From assembly GCF_052425735.1 (NCBI RefSeq), contig NC_135761.1, positions 14,942,001 to 15,006,000 on the forward strand: 64,000 bases of DNA, given 5' to 3'. The stretch comes from Oculina patagonica (taxonomy: Eukaryota). The notes beneath the pieces were generated by a model. The model made no database searches and was not told where the DNA came from. It saw nothing but the letters and a program-made list of their open reading frames with translations. Below, one piece after another: positions 24,451 to 36,696 of this stretch (its first letter is position 1; each line of letters begins with the position of its first letter). A program made the position numbers and the translations under genes.

Positions 24451-25042
24451 CAAAACATACTGTGCTATCCACCTTATAGCGATTTATCCAGCAGATAACA
24501 TTATCCAACTTTTGAACTGGGCCCTGACCAACATTACATGACCGCATATTGAAGTTCAAATTAAATGGCCACTTATATTCCTTCCATTTTATTTATACCC
24601 TTATTTGCTGTGAGGGCCCCTGTGCAAGAACAGTAAAGCAGGCATGAATTCTACCCCCTCACTGCAGCACCTATCCAGTACCAAACACGGTTACTAACCC
24701 AATCTCCTTCACTACTGTTATTTGGCCATTGCACAATTCTACAAAGCTGTGAAGGAAACCAATGCACTTCCTAAAGACTCACTGTGGTACACTGACTGTA
24801 ATAGAGCTGGTCAAAAAAAACTCGCTAACAAAATATTGTAACTGTTGTGATCCATAGACAAAAACAGACTAGCAGCTTATTTTTTTATTTCTTTTACAGT
24901 GCTTTCAGTTTCTTGCAGAAAGAGTTAGTTTCATTGATGACCACAAAATTAATTATAAGATAGCATTCAGTCATCATCAAAACCTGCATGAGCCTAATAA
25001 TAAAATTTCTCTGTCTTTGGTAGGAAATATCAGATACGTGTA

Positions 25043-25217
25043 TTACAGCAAGGCGCCCAAAAGTGTGACCACTTTTAATTTATTCACATTCTTTCATGCA
25101 GATTTAATCCAATCAGAAGTCAATTACAAGCTATCCACGGCTTTTGATTGGATTAAATCTGCACGAAAGAATGTGAATAAATTAAAAGTGGTCACACATT
25201 TGGGCGCCTTGCTGTAA
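25043..25217. repeat. Near-perfect palindromic element (~75-bp arms)
   Basis: TTACAGCAAGGCGCCCAAA...TTAATCCAATCA mirrored as TGATTGGATTAA...TTTGGGCGCCTTGCTGTAA. Confidence 0.85.
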
Positions 25218-25722
25218 ATCACATTTCCATTAATCGCTTGTACAGTTCATGTACCATGTGACCCAAAACAAGTTGACTGCGACGAAAATAGAGGGCTCTT
25301 AGGAACTAGGCAAAACAATACCCATGCAAACAATCAAACACTAGACATAAATCAACTTTATTTATGTTGTTATTTTGTGACAAGAGGTATTTACAAAGTT
25401 TGATCAAACAGTCGTTAGTGTTTTTACTATAAACTTAATTTAAACAACTACAAACAAGACAAAAATACAGTTACAAAGAGAATATTTTACACTACATGCA
25501 AGATTAAAGAATTGAAACTTTTCTTTAGAATTAGAAAACTTGCTAATAAAAAATTAATGAAGATTCCTTAGGAAATGTACATGTAAGTAATATCAAAATT
25601 GTAATTTGTTGAAAAAAAAATATGTAGCAATTGTATGTACAGCTGTTGCATCTGATTTTTTCTTTAAGCATTGCTAAATTCAACTTTGAAGCTACTTTAA
25701 ACATTAATTCACGGCCTTAAAC

Positions 25723-28354
25723 TTATTTTGTTATTGCTGCCTTTTCCCTTTCAAACTTCTCCATTGCTTTGCAGTAAACTGAAAAGGAAAATAAAAAAAT
25801 AGACATCATTTTTACAGACACTTGCAGTGCTACTTGCATACCAACCATCTTACGACATGCCACGTACACTTTTGTGATTGTCAACAGCAGAGACACCTGT
25901 TAAAAATGTCAAACTGTCAGCTGTTGTAGTTATTGGCAAAAGAAATGACAAACTAAAGTAACAGACCTCAAATCATATTGTGTTTCCATTTTAGACTTAC
26001 TGTAGGCCTGGTAACACTTCAAGGTAACGCTGCATGTTGAAAGATGGTTGCTGTGCAATTGTAACATTAAAGACAGCTGTAATTTATTACCACTTACGAA
26101 GTACCTCGGCCCTCAAACTGTAATTTAATACCAGTTACGAAGTGACCCCTCCAAATCTCAGACAAATATCCTTCTGAAAATAAGCCCTCCCAAATAATAA
26201 AAACAACTTTTTCAATAGTAAGCCCCTATATTTAAAGGGCTTGTTTTGTAGTGTACCGTATTTTCTCAATTAAACGCCCCCGGCATTTATTTCAAACTTG
26301 GCCTTGTGGACCCGGCATTTATTTGAAGCCGGCGTGTAATCGGGGCCCGGCGTTTATTAACGGACTGTAATTTTCTGTAAAATTTTCAGATTGATTTACT
26401 GTTACTGATCTCCGAGACCAAAGGGCAGTTTGTCAAGGCGGACGATTTTTCTCTTTGTTTTATCCCATTGTACAGCGTCCATCCTAGCTATGTATCGCTC
26501 GGACTTTTCCTTTGATCGTGTTTTGAAACTTCCAAAGCAGCATACCGTACTAGTATGTCATAGCGCTGCCATTCAAGAGAATTTTACTTGTTAGCTTGAC
26601 CTCAAAATGACAAATAAACGCCGGGACCTCGAACAAATGCCCCCGGCGTTTATTTAAAAATTAGCAATTTTGACCCGGCATTTATACGAGGCCGGCGTTT
26701 AATTGGGGTCCGGCGTTTAATTAAGAAAATATGGTATGCTGACTTAGAGAATGATCAGAGCAACTGTAGGACTTGTTTTGGGTTTCATAATATTGTAATT
26801 GTGTTTAAACGACAAACAATCTAAAGTTCTAAACCTACCGTCTTTATTCCATTTACTTGCAGCATCGGCGTTAAGTGGGCTTTCATTGTTTGGCTCTGGA
26901 AAAAGTGACATTTTTACTATATTTTTTGCACAATTATTCTGTAGTCGTAGTAATACTAATCAGGTCACTTGCGGATTTACACAGCACCAGTCCCAAGTGA
27001 GCCCAGCTCAAGACTGTACCAAGTCTGTCTACTTGCAATACTGTCCCTTAAATTGTTAGCATCTGTTCACAATGGACCAGCCATTACTACAGCCTAGCCT
27101 GGGGCAAACCATTGATAGGTGCATTGCATTACTCATAATGCCTGTGACATATATATGCATTACAGGAAAATCTGGCCCAGACTATTAGCCAATCACAGCA
27201 TACGTTATCTCTTATAACAAGTTCTAGCCATATTGTAATTATAATAGTTTAATCCTTGCTGGAATTCATAACACATACCTCCTAGTAAGGACTGTATGGA
27301 CAGTAATATGGTTCTAACATCATATAAAGATGACCAACTTTCCTTGTAACAAGAACAGTGATGAAAAACGTTAATAAACATCTTTAGTTTGCACTGTATT
27401 TTATTGTCCATTGGAGCAACAAAACGTTAATTAACATCATACAAACTCATGTTTATTCAAATTCCAAAAATGGAATTTAGTTTACACTGTATTTCTTTGT
27501 CCATTGGAGCATATATTTGAAGAAAATCTGTTACCTTCAAGATGTCTAAGCAAATGTTCCCTTGTTGGTCCACATTTGGGTGATAGCATGGTGTCTTGAA
27601 TTTCACTACTGGAGGTTTTTGAGGATACGTGCTTGGAAATTCTAGCGTTAGTTTGTATTCTTTTCCGTCGTATACCTGGAATGAAAAGAATGAATAAGCC
27701 ACGCAGAACAAGACTACCCCGAACAAGTTTCAGGATTTTGTTGGCGAAAAGTCTGACTTTATGATCCTTTATGTAACATTCTGTTCAGTAAATAATGGTG
27801 GCCACTACATGGGTCGAGTCGTGCCGGTTCTTGAAAACTTTCTGTGATCAATTGACAAACAACACAGCAATTCCGACGACATACCTTATGCTGAGTACGT
27901 TCAGTAACGTTAACACGAGAATTTCAAGCGGAAATTATGAAAACGAGAGCTCTCCAAAGTTGAATACGTAGACCTGAAGAAGGCTCGATCATTCATTAAG
28001 CTTACCGTTCCTTTTCCTCCTCTGATTGTTCCAATCCATTCTAGCATGTTGTCATCCCGAGATGGGAACGCCGAAACACTATTGTCTGGATTCTTAAATT
28101 AAAAATAGAAAACAACAACTTATTCAGACTAAACGAACGATATATTATAACTAAAAAAACACTCTGACAAATTAATAGCTTGTTTTTCCAGCCCTAGGCC
28201 TTACCTTAAACATAAGTTGACCAAGATCAAGTTTTAACCTGCGAATCGAGTCAAGTGTAGCATTTTAGTTTGTCAGTGCTTGCTCGAGAAGAGACAAAAT
28301 AAATAAAATAATATCAGCAAGGGTGATTTGAACTTCTTACCTAGCTACAGCCAT
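25723..28354 (-). CDS. UBE2C: Ubiquitin-conjugating enzyme E2 C-like (~150 aa), 7 exons
   Basis: Exons (minus): 28354-28341, 28238-28205, 28092-28006, 27675-27535, 27342-27279, 26895-26839, 25778-25723 (TAA). Catalytic [15 protein letters not shown] and the UBE2C-type signature [20 protein letters not shown] are present. The start codon is less certain than the rest. Confidence 0.88.
26256..26734. mobile_element. Tc1/mariner-type MITE (same family as 10107-10370)
   Basis: TA-CCGTATTTTCTCAATTAAACGCC ... GGCGTTTAATTAAGAAAATATGG-TA. Confidence 0.75.
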
Positions 28355-28668
28355 TATTTTGCACTTAATGTAAGCCTATAAAATGAATCGAAACTTCCAC
28401 TTTTCTCTTTCCAATTTTGAACGGCAATGGAAGACGGCGAAAGAGAAAAAGTTTTTTAAACCGGCTTTCGCTTTAAATGGACCAATCAGATCGTTTATTC
28501 TTTTAGAAGCAACCAATCACAGTGCTTTGTTTATTTCTGGTTCTCAGACCCTGCGCGTGCCAACCCATAGGTCTGTTCGGTCAGACAAGTCGCCATATTG
28601 GATTTCTTTCTGGAAGAATCATATTGAAACTCGTGGTAAAACTGGTAAAATAACACTTTCACGGTAAA
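28355..28668. promoter_or_regulatory. Putative bidirectional promoter UBE2C / POLR2C with CHR-like and tandem CCAAT boxes
   Basis: 314 bp between divergent ATGs. TTTGAA at 28416-28421, TTTAAA at 28455 and 28472, CCAAT at 28482 and 28513 (31 bp apart), YY1-like CGCCATATT at 28591. Confidence 0.65.
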
Positions 28669-31600
28669 ATGCCATATGCCAACCAACCCAGTGTGAAGAT
28701 TCTTGAACTCACGGAGGAAAATGTGAAGTTTACGATTGAGAATACAGACTTGAGGTGTGATATATTTCTCGTTTAGTCAGACGAGTCCCCCGAGTAAAAT
28801 TGCTTTTTGCTTTTCCTATTCTCTGTACAAAATCTCATCGTTTGTATCTTTCTGTTACAGCATGGCTAATGCCCTCCGAAGAATATTTATCGCTGAAACG
28901 CCAACTATAGGTACACAGGCTTTTGTTTATGATTCCATTGGTATTGTTTGATGGTCTTGCACAGGCAGCCCAAGCTGAAGTATTGAGGAAAGAACAGCCC
29001 TCTTGTTATAACTTGTTGATTCACAGGTAGCCCAAGCTCCTAAAGGAGCCGTCAACATATAGACCACATATGACATTGCGTAATAACGTTATTATAAGGG
29101 TTTGTATGGGAATTTACCGATCGTAAAAAATAATTCAAAATAGAGGTAAAATATCCAATAAAATCGACTTACCTTTCCTCTTCTATGCATATGTTGTGTT
29201 TCTATGCCGTTTGGAGGCGATTTGAAGCCATTTTAGTGTAGAAGAGGATAGGTAAGTCGATTTTATTGGATATTTTACCTCTATTTTGAATTATTTTTTA
29301 CGATCGGTAAATTCCCATACAAACCCTTATAATAACGTTATTACGCAATGTCAAATGTGGTCTATATGTTGACGGCTCCTTTAGGAGCTTGGGCTACCTG
29401 TGGTTGATTGACCTATGGAATATAAGCGTTACAAGAAAAACACACAATTAATGATGCTTGGTTATAAGATGTGTTCCAGTTTGCAGTGTCACTTGCATGC
29501 ATGAATTTTGTTAGTAAATATTTTTTATATGAAAGGGCCATACCAATAACATGTTTCGTTTCCCGTCGCCCGACCGACCCATTTTTTTTCGAAATGTTCG
29601 AAATTCCAGATTCACTAGTCAAAGAGGCAAGTACTTTCACACGATCTTGTTTTATTTACAACAGTTGGTATGATGTGATGTCCTTGTCTTTAATTAACAT
29701 CGATGCTAAGTTTTTCAAAGGCTTTTTCGCGCCAAGGGCATTAACGATTGTTCCAACATTCTCAGTGAGATCGACTGAAACAAAATCTTTCGGTTCTGCA
29801 TCTCCTGGCTTCTTAAATGAACCCAGATCCCTTAAAGTGTTCATCCTTTTTTTTGCCCAACCAACCAACCGACCCACCATCACAAGAGATGGGGCAATGG
29901 GAAACGAAACCTTTTATTGGGATGGTCAAGTCAGAATATTTATAAAATACAAGTCTCCATCAGACCAAAGAGTACCATTTTGCCAGAGCTTATCTACGTT
30001 TCTGTAGCATTAAGGTCGCGAAGGACCCTTGAAATCATTATGTATGTATTTATTTAAAGAGTATGCACGAACTAGGACGACTGAAGCCGACAACAAACAA
30101 AAAAAAAAATGAGAATGTTTTTCATAAAGTTCTTTGTACGAGTAATTAGACAGTATTGTTCTCAGCTTTGCGTACCGTGCGCTGAAACAAAACGAATTAT
30201 CATAATTAGATTCACAGCTGCGAACTATAGCACAAGACAGTTGTAAACATTGACTCGGAAGGTCTTCGGAAGCGAAAAATCCTGCAATTTTGTGTCCAAG
30301 TTTTCTCCGCCGATATAGAATTTCAGGAGTTGATTAGTGAGGAACATGAACTCGGTGCACTCTATTGTGTTATGACAAGAGCGAATTTTGAAATTTCGTT
30401 CTCAAGTTGAAGATAGCACGTTTCAAAGTTTAGTTTTCACATTTTTACTCTCTTAGAAGCAGATAACTTATAGCAGTTTTTGAAATCTAAAATTTCGTTC
30501 TTGTCAGAACACAAAAGAGGTTATGATTCATCACTAGTTTATACAATCTTCTAATTCGGTGCGCTATTGTAGCCGAAAAACTTGGACACAAAATCGCAAT
30601 ATCTGCAGTTAAACTTTTAAGAACCTGTAACATTACAGTAAATGGTCATCTCTCAGTAAAAGGACAATCATGATGTAATTCCATCATCCCTTAATATCCT
30701 TGATAAATTTTAGAGGAATCGATGTTCAAAATGTAGCGAATTAAAGCTTTACAAGATAGCACTCCGTCAAGAAATTTGGCTAATGAATTTATTAATGAGC
30801 AAGGGTCCTGCGCGACCTTAAGAGACTTAAAGTATTTCTACTCCTCCCTCGATGGGAGGGTTACCCCTCAGCATATTTGCCGGTAGTCATTTATACACCT
30901 GGCCGCAGTTGTTCAAAAGGTAGATAACATTATCCACCGGATAAATCACTATCAGGTGGATAGCGCAGTATGTTTTGTTATCACTTATCCACTGGATGAC
31001 GATTTATCAAGTGGATAGCATTTTCTACCCTTTGAACAACTGGGCCATGGGGTAAGAGAGACACTATGAAGGTAAAGTGTCTTGCCCTAAAACACAATAC
31101 AATGACTTCACCCAGGGCTCAAACCCAGACGACTTGATCCAGAATCCAGTGCACTCACCATTAGGCCACCATTCCTCCAACATTGGGATATTTATGTTGC
31201 ATGCCAAATGAATTCCACTTTAGGAACTTAAGAAAAACAGCCTTTTACCATGGTAGGGTGTGAGTAGCTTGATGAGGATAATACTGCTCGTAATCTTTGC
31301 TGGTAAAAAATGCCATTGCATGCATAAGATTTCATCAAGTTATGCCACACTCTTCAGATATTTTTGTCATGAGAGCTTAGGCTGCCTGTGACCATTGTGA
31401 TTATAATAATAGTGTATTATGAAGTATTTAGTATTGAACAACATGGAACTTTTTTTCAGCAATTGACTGGGTACAGATTGAAAACAACACATCAGTATTA
31501 CATGATGAGTTTATTGCCCACAGACTAGGTAAATAAATTATGTGCATTATAAATCAATATATATTCTTTTGTACATGAATAAGGTGGTTGACTGATGGTT

Positions 31601-32048
31601 CATGAAAACGACATTTGTAACAAGTGTGAATTTTGGTTTTAATCTGGCTTTGACCAAGGTATTTTAATTTGTATTTCAAAGGTTAACATACAGACAGATA
31701 AATTCAAAAATTACAAAGAAAAGAAATTGTAACAGAGTTTTTTGTCACATGACTGTTTACTTTTGAGGAAATCTAATAAAGTAGCAGTTGGACTTAGATT
31801 CTTTGCTAAGTCATTGTTTTCTCTACATTTTAGGTCTCATTCCTTTGACTAGTGATGAAGTTGTTGATCGATTAAGCTATTCCAGAGTAAGTTTGACATG
31901 CTATTGCTTTAGGTCTTACTTAACAGATCCTGTACTCTTGGATTTGTGAAAAATATGTGAAAATCATTGTTTATCATTAAGCAGATGTCATTCCAAGCTG
32001 ATGTTTATTATTACTGTATTATTATTATCAATGATCATTATCATTATT

Positions 32049-32089
<41 letters not shown>

Positions 32090-35000
32090 ATGATGATATA
32101 ATAATATAGCAGTAATGTACAATGTAAACGTAAAGTCAGCAAAGTCTGTTTTAACTGTAGAAGTTGGCACCTTAATACAACTCGTTAGCTGAGTAATGTG
32201 GCAAAGTGTGGGAGGGGTGGGGAGAGAGGTGGGTAACCTGCAATAAACAAGTACTCCATTGTGATCCAGGAGGAGTAGCAATACTTCTAGCTACTACCGG
32301 TACATTTTGTACATGTTGCAGACACCAGAATCAAACACTGGCCCCTTTGATCAGACTTGATAAAAAGGTATTTAGTCTGCATTTGAGCCAAGAGGCCCAT
32401 CTTGTGGGGTTTACCCAGTTTTCATAGGCAACTAGGAGTATTTTACTCCCCTTGGATGAGATGTTAGTCCATTGAAGGGTTACCTCCAACATTAAATTTG
32501 CCAGTACCCATTTATACTCCTGCATGGAGAGGGGTAAGAGTAAAGCCCAAGAACACAATGAAGTGGCCCTGGTCAAGGCTCAAACCTGGACTCGCTTGAT
32601 GCAGATTCCAGGGCGCTAACCATTAGGCCACCAGAATCAGACTTTGCCTTTTTAGTGCAGAATGCACTTTTGTGATGGTTTGGTGGGCAGTCGTGTGATA
32701 AACCCCTAAACCTCTAACGCGCTAAAGCGCTATGGTGTAAACTTTTAATCACCAATTAATTAATTAATATCAATTAATTAATTATTCCTTGTGGAGGGGG
32801 TGGGGGTGGGGAGCACCTGACCGTACCCCTAGGTAAAACCTGGAGCACATCTACGTTACTTTCATATGAAGATCTCAAATGTATATATTTGTTTCAGAAA
32901 ACCCTTTGCTCTCCTTGTGGTACTACTCAACGTAATTCACACCAAACGCATGCGCAGATTAGTCTACGTTGTTTTCTGGAACTATCATGAACATCGCTTG
33001 TATTGCGTGTTTGCGGTAGGCTTCCTGCAGACTTCTTGGCGCCAAGTAAAAACCGCAAATTAATTAAATTAGATTTGAGACTTTCACAGCGCTTTCGTAA
33101 TTAGGTATGCAAAAACTTGCACCGGGATTTTCGGCGTGAACACCTGATAACCAGGAAACAAATATCCTAGCTGTACTGTGTTTTAAAAAACCTGTCGAAA
33201 AATATGTTTTTTGATTAGATTTGTTTCTTTAGTTTTTGAGAATCGTCTTTCGTGCAGTCTAAACCGTAACTTAATTAAATTAAACAAATGTCATCGATGC
33301 CGCTGTAAAACAAACAAAAAACAAAAGTTTCATGTTATCGCATTTTCAAGGAAGACAAAAGTATTTTGTTACAAACGAACAAACGTGTCGTGTTACGTTT
33401 GCAAAGATTAGCGTAAGGAACACCTGGGAAAGAATACAAGTAGCCTGTGAACAGTTTTTCCGAAAGTAAAATAAAGCAAATAAACACGAACATATATAAA
33501 ACATCATACTTTCAATTGTTCCATATTGCATTCTGCACTTACCAAATCATCGAGATTTTTTTAATACCATGATTGTTTCCTTTAAGGACTGCACTTGTGA
33601 TGAGTTCTGTCCTGACTGTTCAGTGGAACTTACTCTTGATGTAAAATGCACAGATGATCAAACCAGACATGTGACAACAAGGGACCTGATATCTGCAGAC
33701 CCAAGAGTTATTCCTGTAAGCTCCTTTCCTGCATCTCTCATAATTTTCATGTACAATACCAACTGTCAAGTATTCTGGACATGTCTTTCAAACAATTCCA
33801 TGTCTTTCAGACAGGAAATTGGTACAGACACTTTTAAAATTTTAACTTAAAGTGACAACAGACTATCATTAAAGTACATTGTAGTTGCTGACCATGTTCA
33901 TTAAATATTTTAGAGAAATTTTGCAAAAGTTTTTTTCATCATGTTTGTTGCTTCTGTATCCTCTGTATGTACATGTAGGTGACATCACGACACCATGACG
34001 ATGAAAACAGTGAATACGGGGAACAAGATGGTAGGTTTATATTTTTTGTCTAATTTTGAGTGTTGAGATGTAGATTTAGTGCTATGCACATCAGGATTTA
34101 TGCAGTTCCTTGCTCAGCTGCAATATGAACATTTCTTGTACAACATTTAGCATGTTTTAATTTGTAAAGCTTATGGAGTTACCTCATTAAATTATTCAAG
34201 TGTCTAATTCTTAGTCCTTTTTATGTTTCAGACATTTTGATCGTAAAGCTTCGTAAAGGGCAGGTGAGATCTTATCTTGCCATCTTGATATTGTACATGC
34301 AGTTCACAACTCTGGTGTTTCTTTATTTGTTTTTTGTTTTTGTTTTTTGTTGTTGTTGCTTTTTGCCAAAACATGTTTTGCAATTTCTTAAACTTAAATG
34401 ATATATTTTTATTTTGTCTCCTTGGCAACAGGAACTCAAGCTCCGGGCCTATGCTAAAAAGGTTAAATAACTTATTTTGCATTGTTACATGTACATGTAA
34501 GAGTTGTGTTGTGTGTTTTTTTTTTTGCTTTGGAAGACATTAGTAACTTATCAGTAATTTATGTTCTTTTGTCTGTCAGGGCTTTGCTAAGGAACATGCC
34601 AAATGGAACCCGACAGCCGGTGTGGCATTTGAATATGACCCTGACAATGCACTGAGACACACTACATACCCAAGACCAGAGGAATGGTAAAAAATGTTTT
34701 AAAGTTCCTACATACATACATACAGTCATATTTTATACATACATACCACCCTTACTTTTCTCTGGATACTACAATAAATGTTTGATTTAATCTGGTATGT
34801 GTTTTTGCAGGCCTAAAAGTGAATACACAGAATTGGATGAAGACATGTGTAAGTAAAGCAACTTAACTGCATCACCCAACATATGTTTATTCAGGTCATG
34901 AGAAACATAGCTGTTTTGTTCTTTTTATTTACAGATCAAGCACCATTTGATCCAAATGCTAAAGCAGACAAGTTTTATTTTAACGTTGAGGTAGGCTGCA

Positions 35001-35719
35001 TGGCTGTTAAATAATAACACTGATTTGATGTGTACCGGTATGTTACACTAGTTACTCAAGATCTTTGATATAACATGGAATAAAATGAACGCACTTTATT
35101 CAACCTCACTGCACTGTCTTGTATCCATGTTACAAATGTAGATACTCTTAAAAGTGAATTTTTTTGTGTTTTCTGACGTCTTGTTGTTTGCATTTTTATC
35201 CTATTTTTGTTTTCGTTGTTGTTGTACTTTCAGTTGTTTTTTATTACCGGTAACTTGTTTGGTTGTTCCTTTGCATTCAAAGAACCTTCCAAGTTTATAT
35301 CAGTAGAGTGGTTTCCCCAGCAATGTTAGTTTAGATTTGAAGTTATCGAATTTCTCCCCGCTCAAAGTAGTTCTAAGAAGATTAATTTTTCATTCCACAG
35401 CAACAATGTAGAACACTCAGAGTAATTTTTTTCTTGGTGTGCAACCCAGAACAGATGCGAGATATTAAATTTTGAATTGACATTGAATAGATAATAACCG
35501 TAGACTAATTGCTGTAGTCAATCGGTGGAAATTCTTTTTGTCGCTTTGCATGGTGGTGAGTTGTATTCAATCTGACAGTTTTTTATCTTGTTGTAGTCCT
35601 GTGGCTCATTAAAACCCGAGACAATCATGATGTCTGGGCTGTCTGTGCTCAAGAAGAAGCTGAGTGATCTTCAAACTCAACACAGCCATGAAGTAGCTGC
35701 TGATGTCTTGACGATTTGA
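28669..35719 (+). CDS. POLR2C: DNA-directed RNA polymerase II subunit RPB3, 12 exons
   Basis: Exons: 28669-28754, 28861-28910, 31460-31528, 31834-31886, 33587-33715, 33979-34030, 34232-34263, 34432-34461, 34580-34686, 34811-34848, 34935-34990, 35597-35719 (TGA). Motifs [60 protein letters not shown]. Confidence 0.97.
29022..29402. mobile_element. Young fold-back MITE, ~160-bp TIRs, 7-bp TSD (P-element-like)
   Basis: Arms differ at about 2 positions; CA...TG termini; GTTGATT at 29015-29021 and 29403-29409. Confidence 0.88.
30014..30817. mobile_element. Non-autonomous TTAA-target DNA transposon (Kolobok-like)
   Basis: TTAA-GGTCGCGAAGGACCCTTG ... CAAGGGTCCTGCGCGACC-TTAA (17/18 TIR match). Confidence 0.8.
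30900..31046. mobile_element. Palindromic GGATA/TATCC MITE inserted in a reverse SINE
   Basis: CAGTTGTTCAAAAGGTAGA ... TCTACCCTTTGAACAACTG with GGATA/TATCC repeats, interrupting the SINE at ~30831-31172. Confidence 0.7.
32042..32088. repeat. (TAT)n microsatellite
   Basis: Direct trinucleotide repeat. Confidence 0.9.
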
Positions 35720-36406
35720 GAAATGATTTCAACCATTAAAACAATTTGTTAGTAGTTATTTATACATGTAAGTAATATTGTGGAGTAAAATCTGTTTTCT
35801 ATACAACACTTCGGTAGTCGTTATTGAAGTCATCCGAATCGGTCAATTGGGTCCTGGGTCCTGTTGTGTTCCAAGCTAGTTTAACATCATTCGTAGTAAA
35901 ATTCACCCTTGGTACATATAACACCGCATTCCGCCAAACCTATATTGGACCCCATTCTTAGCATTTACTTGAAATTTAGAAATGCTCTTGAAATCTTGAA
36001 GTTTTAGCAGTGAAAAAAAAAAAACCCAAATAACGGACAAATGTGACCTATTGCTTATGACTTCAAGTACTACAGTATTTTACTTGTCCAGCCCAGGGAC
36101 ATCCTGCACTCCTCATTGCTTTTCTTGTTTTGTTTGTTGTTTTTGTTGTTTGTTTCTTTGTTTCTTTGTTTTTTCCAACAACCTGAGGAAAACTAGTAAA
36201 ACTGGTTGAAATTTTAACCTCGGAAATCCCGGAAAACAGTTCAAATTTCGTTTTGTTGTGTTGTTTTGTTTTTAAGGGTGGAGGGGCTTTCTCTTTCTCG
36301 TCTTTCTTATGTAAAACAGGCTTTTATAAGAAAACTAGGGTAAAACATTAGTGGCGAGTCAGTTATCCATAGAGACCCTCTACATATACCAGGTACATCC
36401 CGGATC

Positions 36407-36696
36407 TACATGTATGAGCCTCAACTCTAATTAGGACCGTAGGCCTCGTTAGGGATCAGTAACTTAGGCGGTAATCCACCCAATTTTCGTGCAGGCTATG
36501 TTGATACTGATACTGGAGTTCCGTTGGCGCATTATGGTAACGTGCAAACTGATGACGGTCAGGGTTCGGTTCCAGTGTGACTTACGGTCAAGCAAACGTC
36601 ACGAAAATACAAACCCTTGGACCGTCTTGTCTTATACGCCTTTCTCTTAGAAATAAGAGCTTAGCTCGTCATTTGCCTTTAGCAGCTTCTGAGGGT
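36407..36696 (+). repeat. Copy A of a ~300-bp local duplication (putative SLC22 promoter/first exon)
   Basis: Colinear with 38400-38710, including the identical block CGGTCAAGCAAACGTCACGAAAATACAAACCCTTGGACCGTCTTGTCTT. Confidence 0.85.

Noticed and set aside
27383-27510. ~36-bp direct repeat in UBE2C intron 4 (translating as MDNKIQCKL / MDKEIQCKL)
   Set aside because: Simple intronic duplication with no splice sites supporting an extra exon.
29471-30007. 178-aa ORF in POLR2C intron 2
   Set aside because: It spans a repeat with inverted ends (GGCCATACCAATAAC...TTTATTGGGATGGTC); no recognisable domain or transposase motif.
36549-36693. C/D snoRNA or hammerhead suggested by CTGATGA ... CGAAA ... 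CTGA in both duplicated copies
   Set aside because: No closing stem II for a hammerhead and no convincing terminal stem or recognisable rRNA guide; a promoter/first-exon reading fits better.
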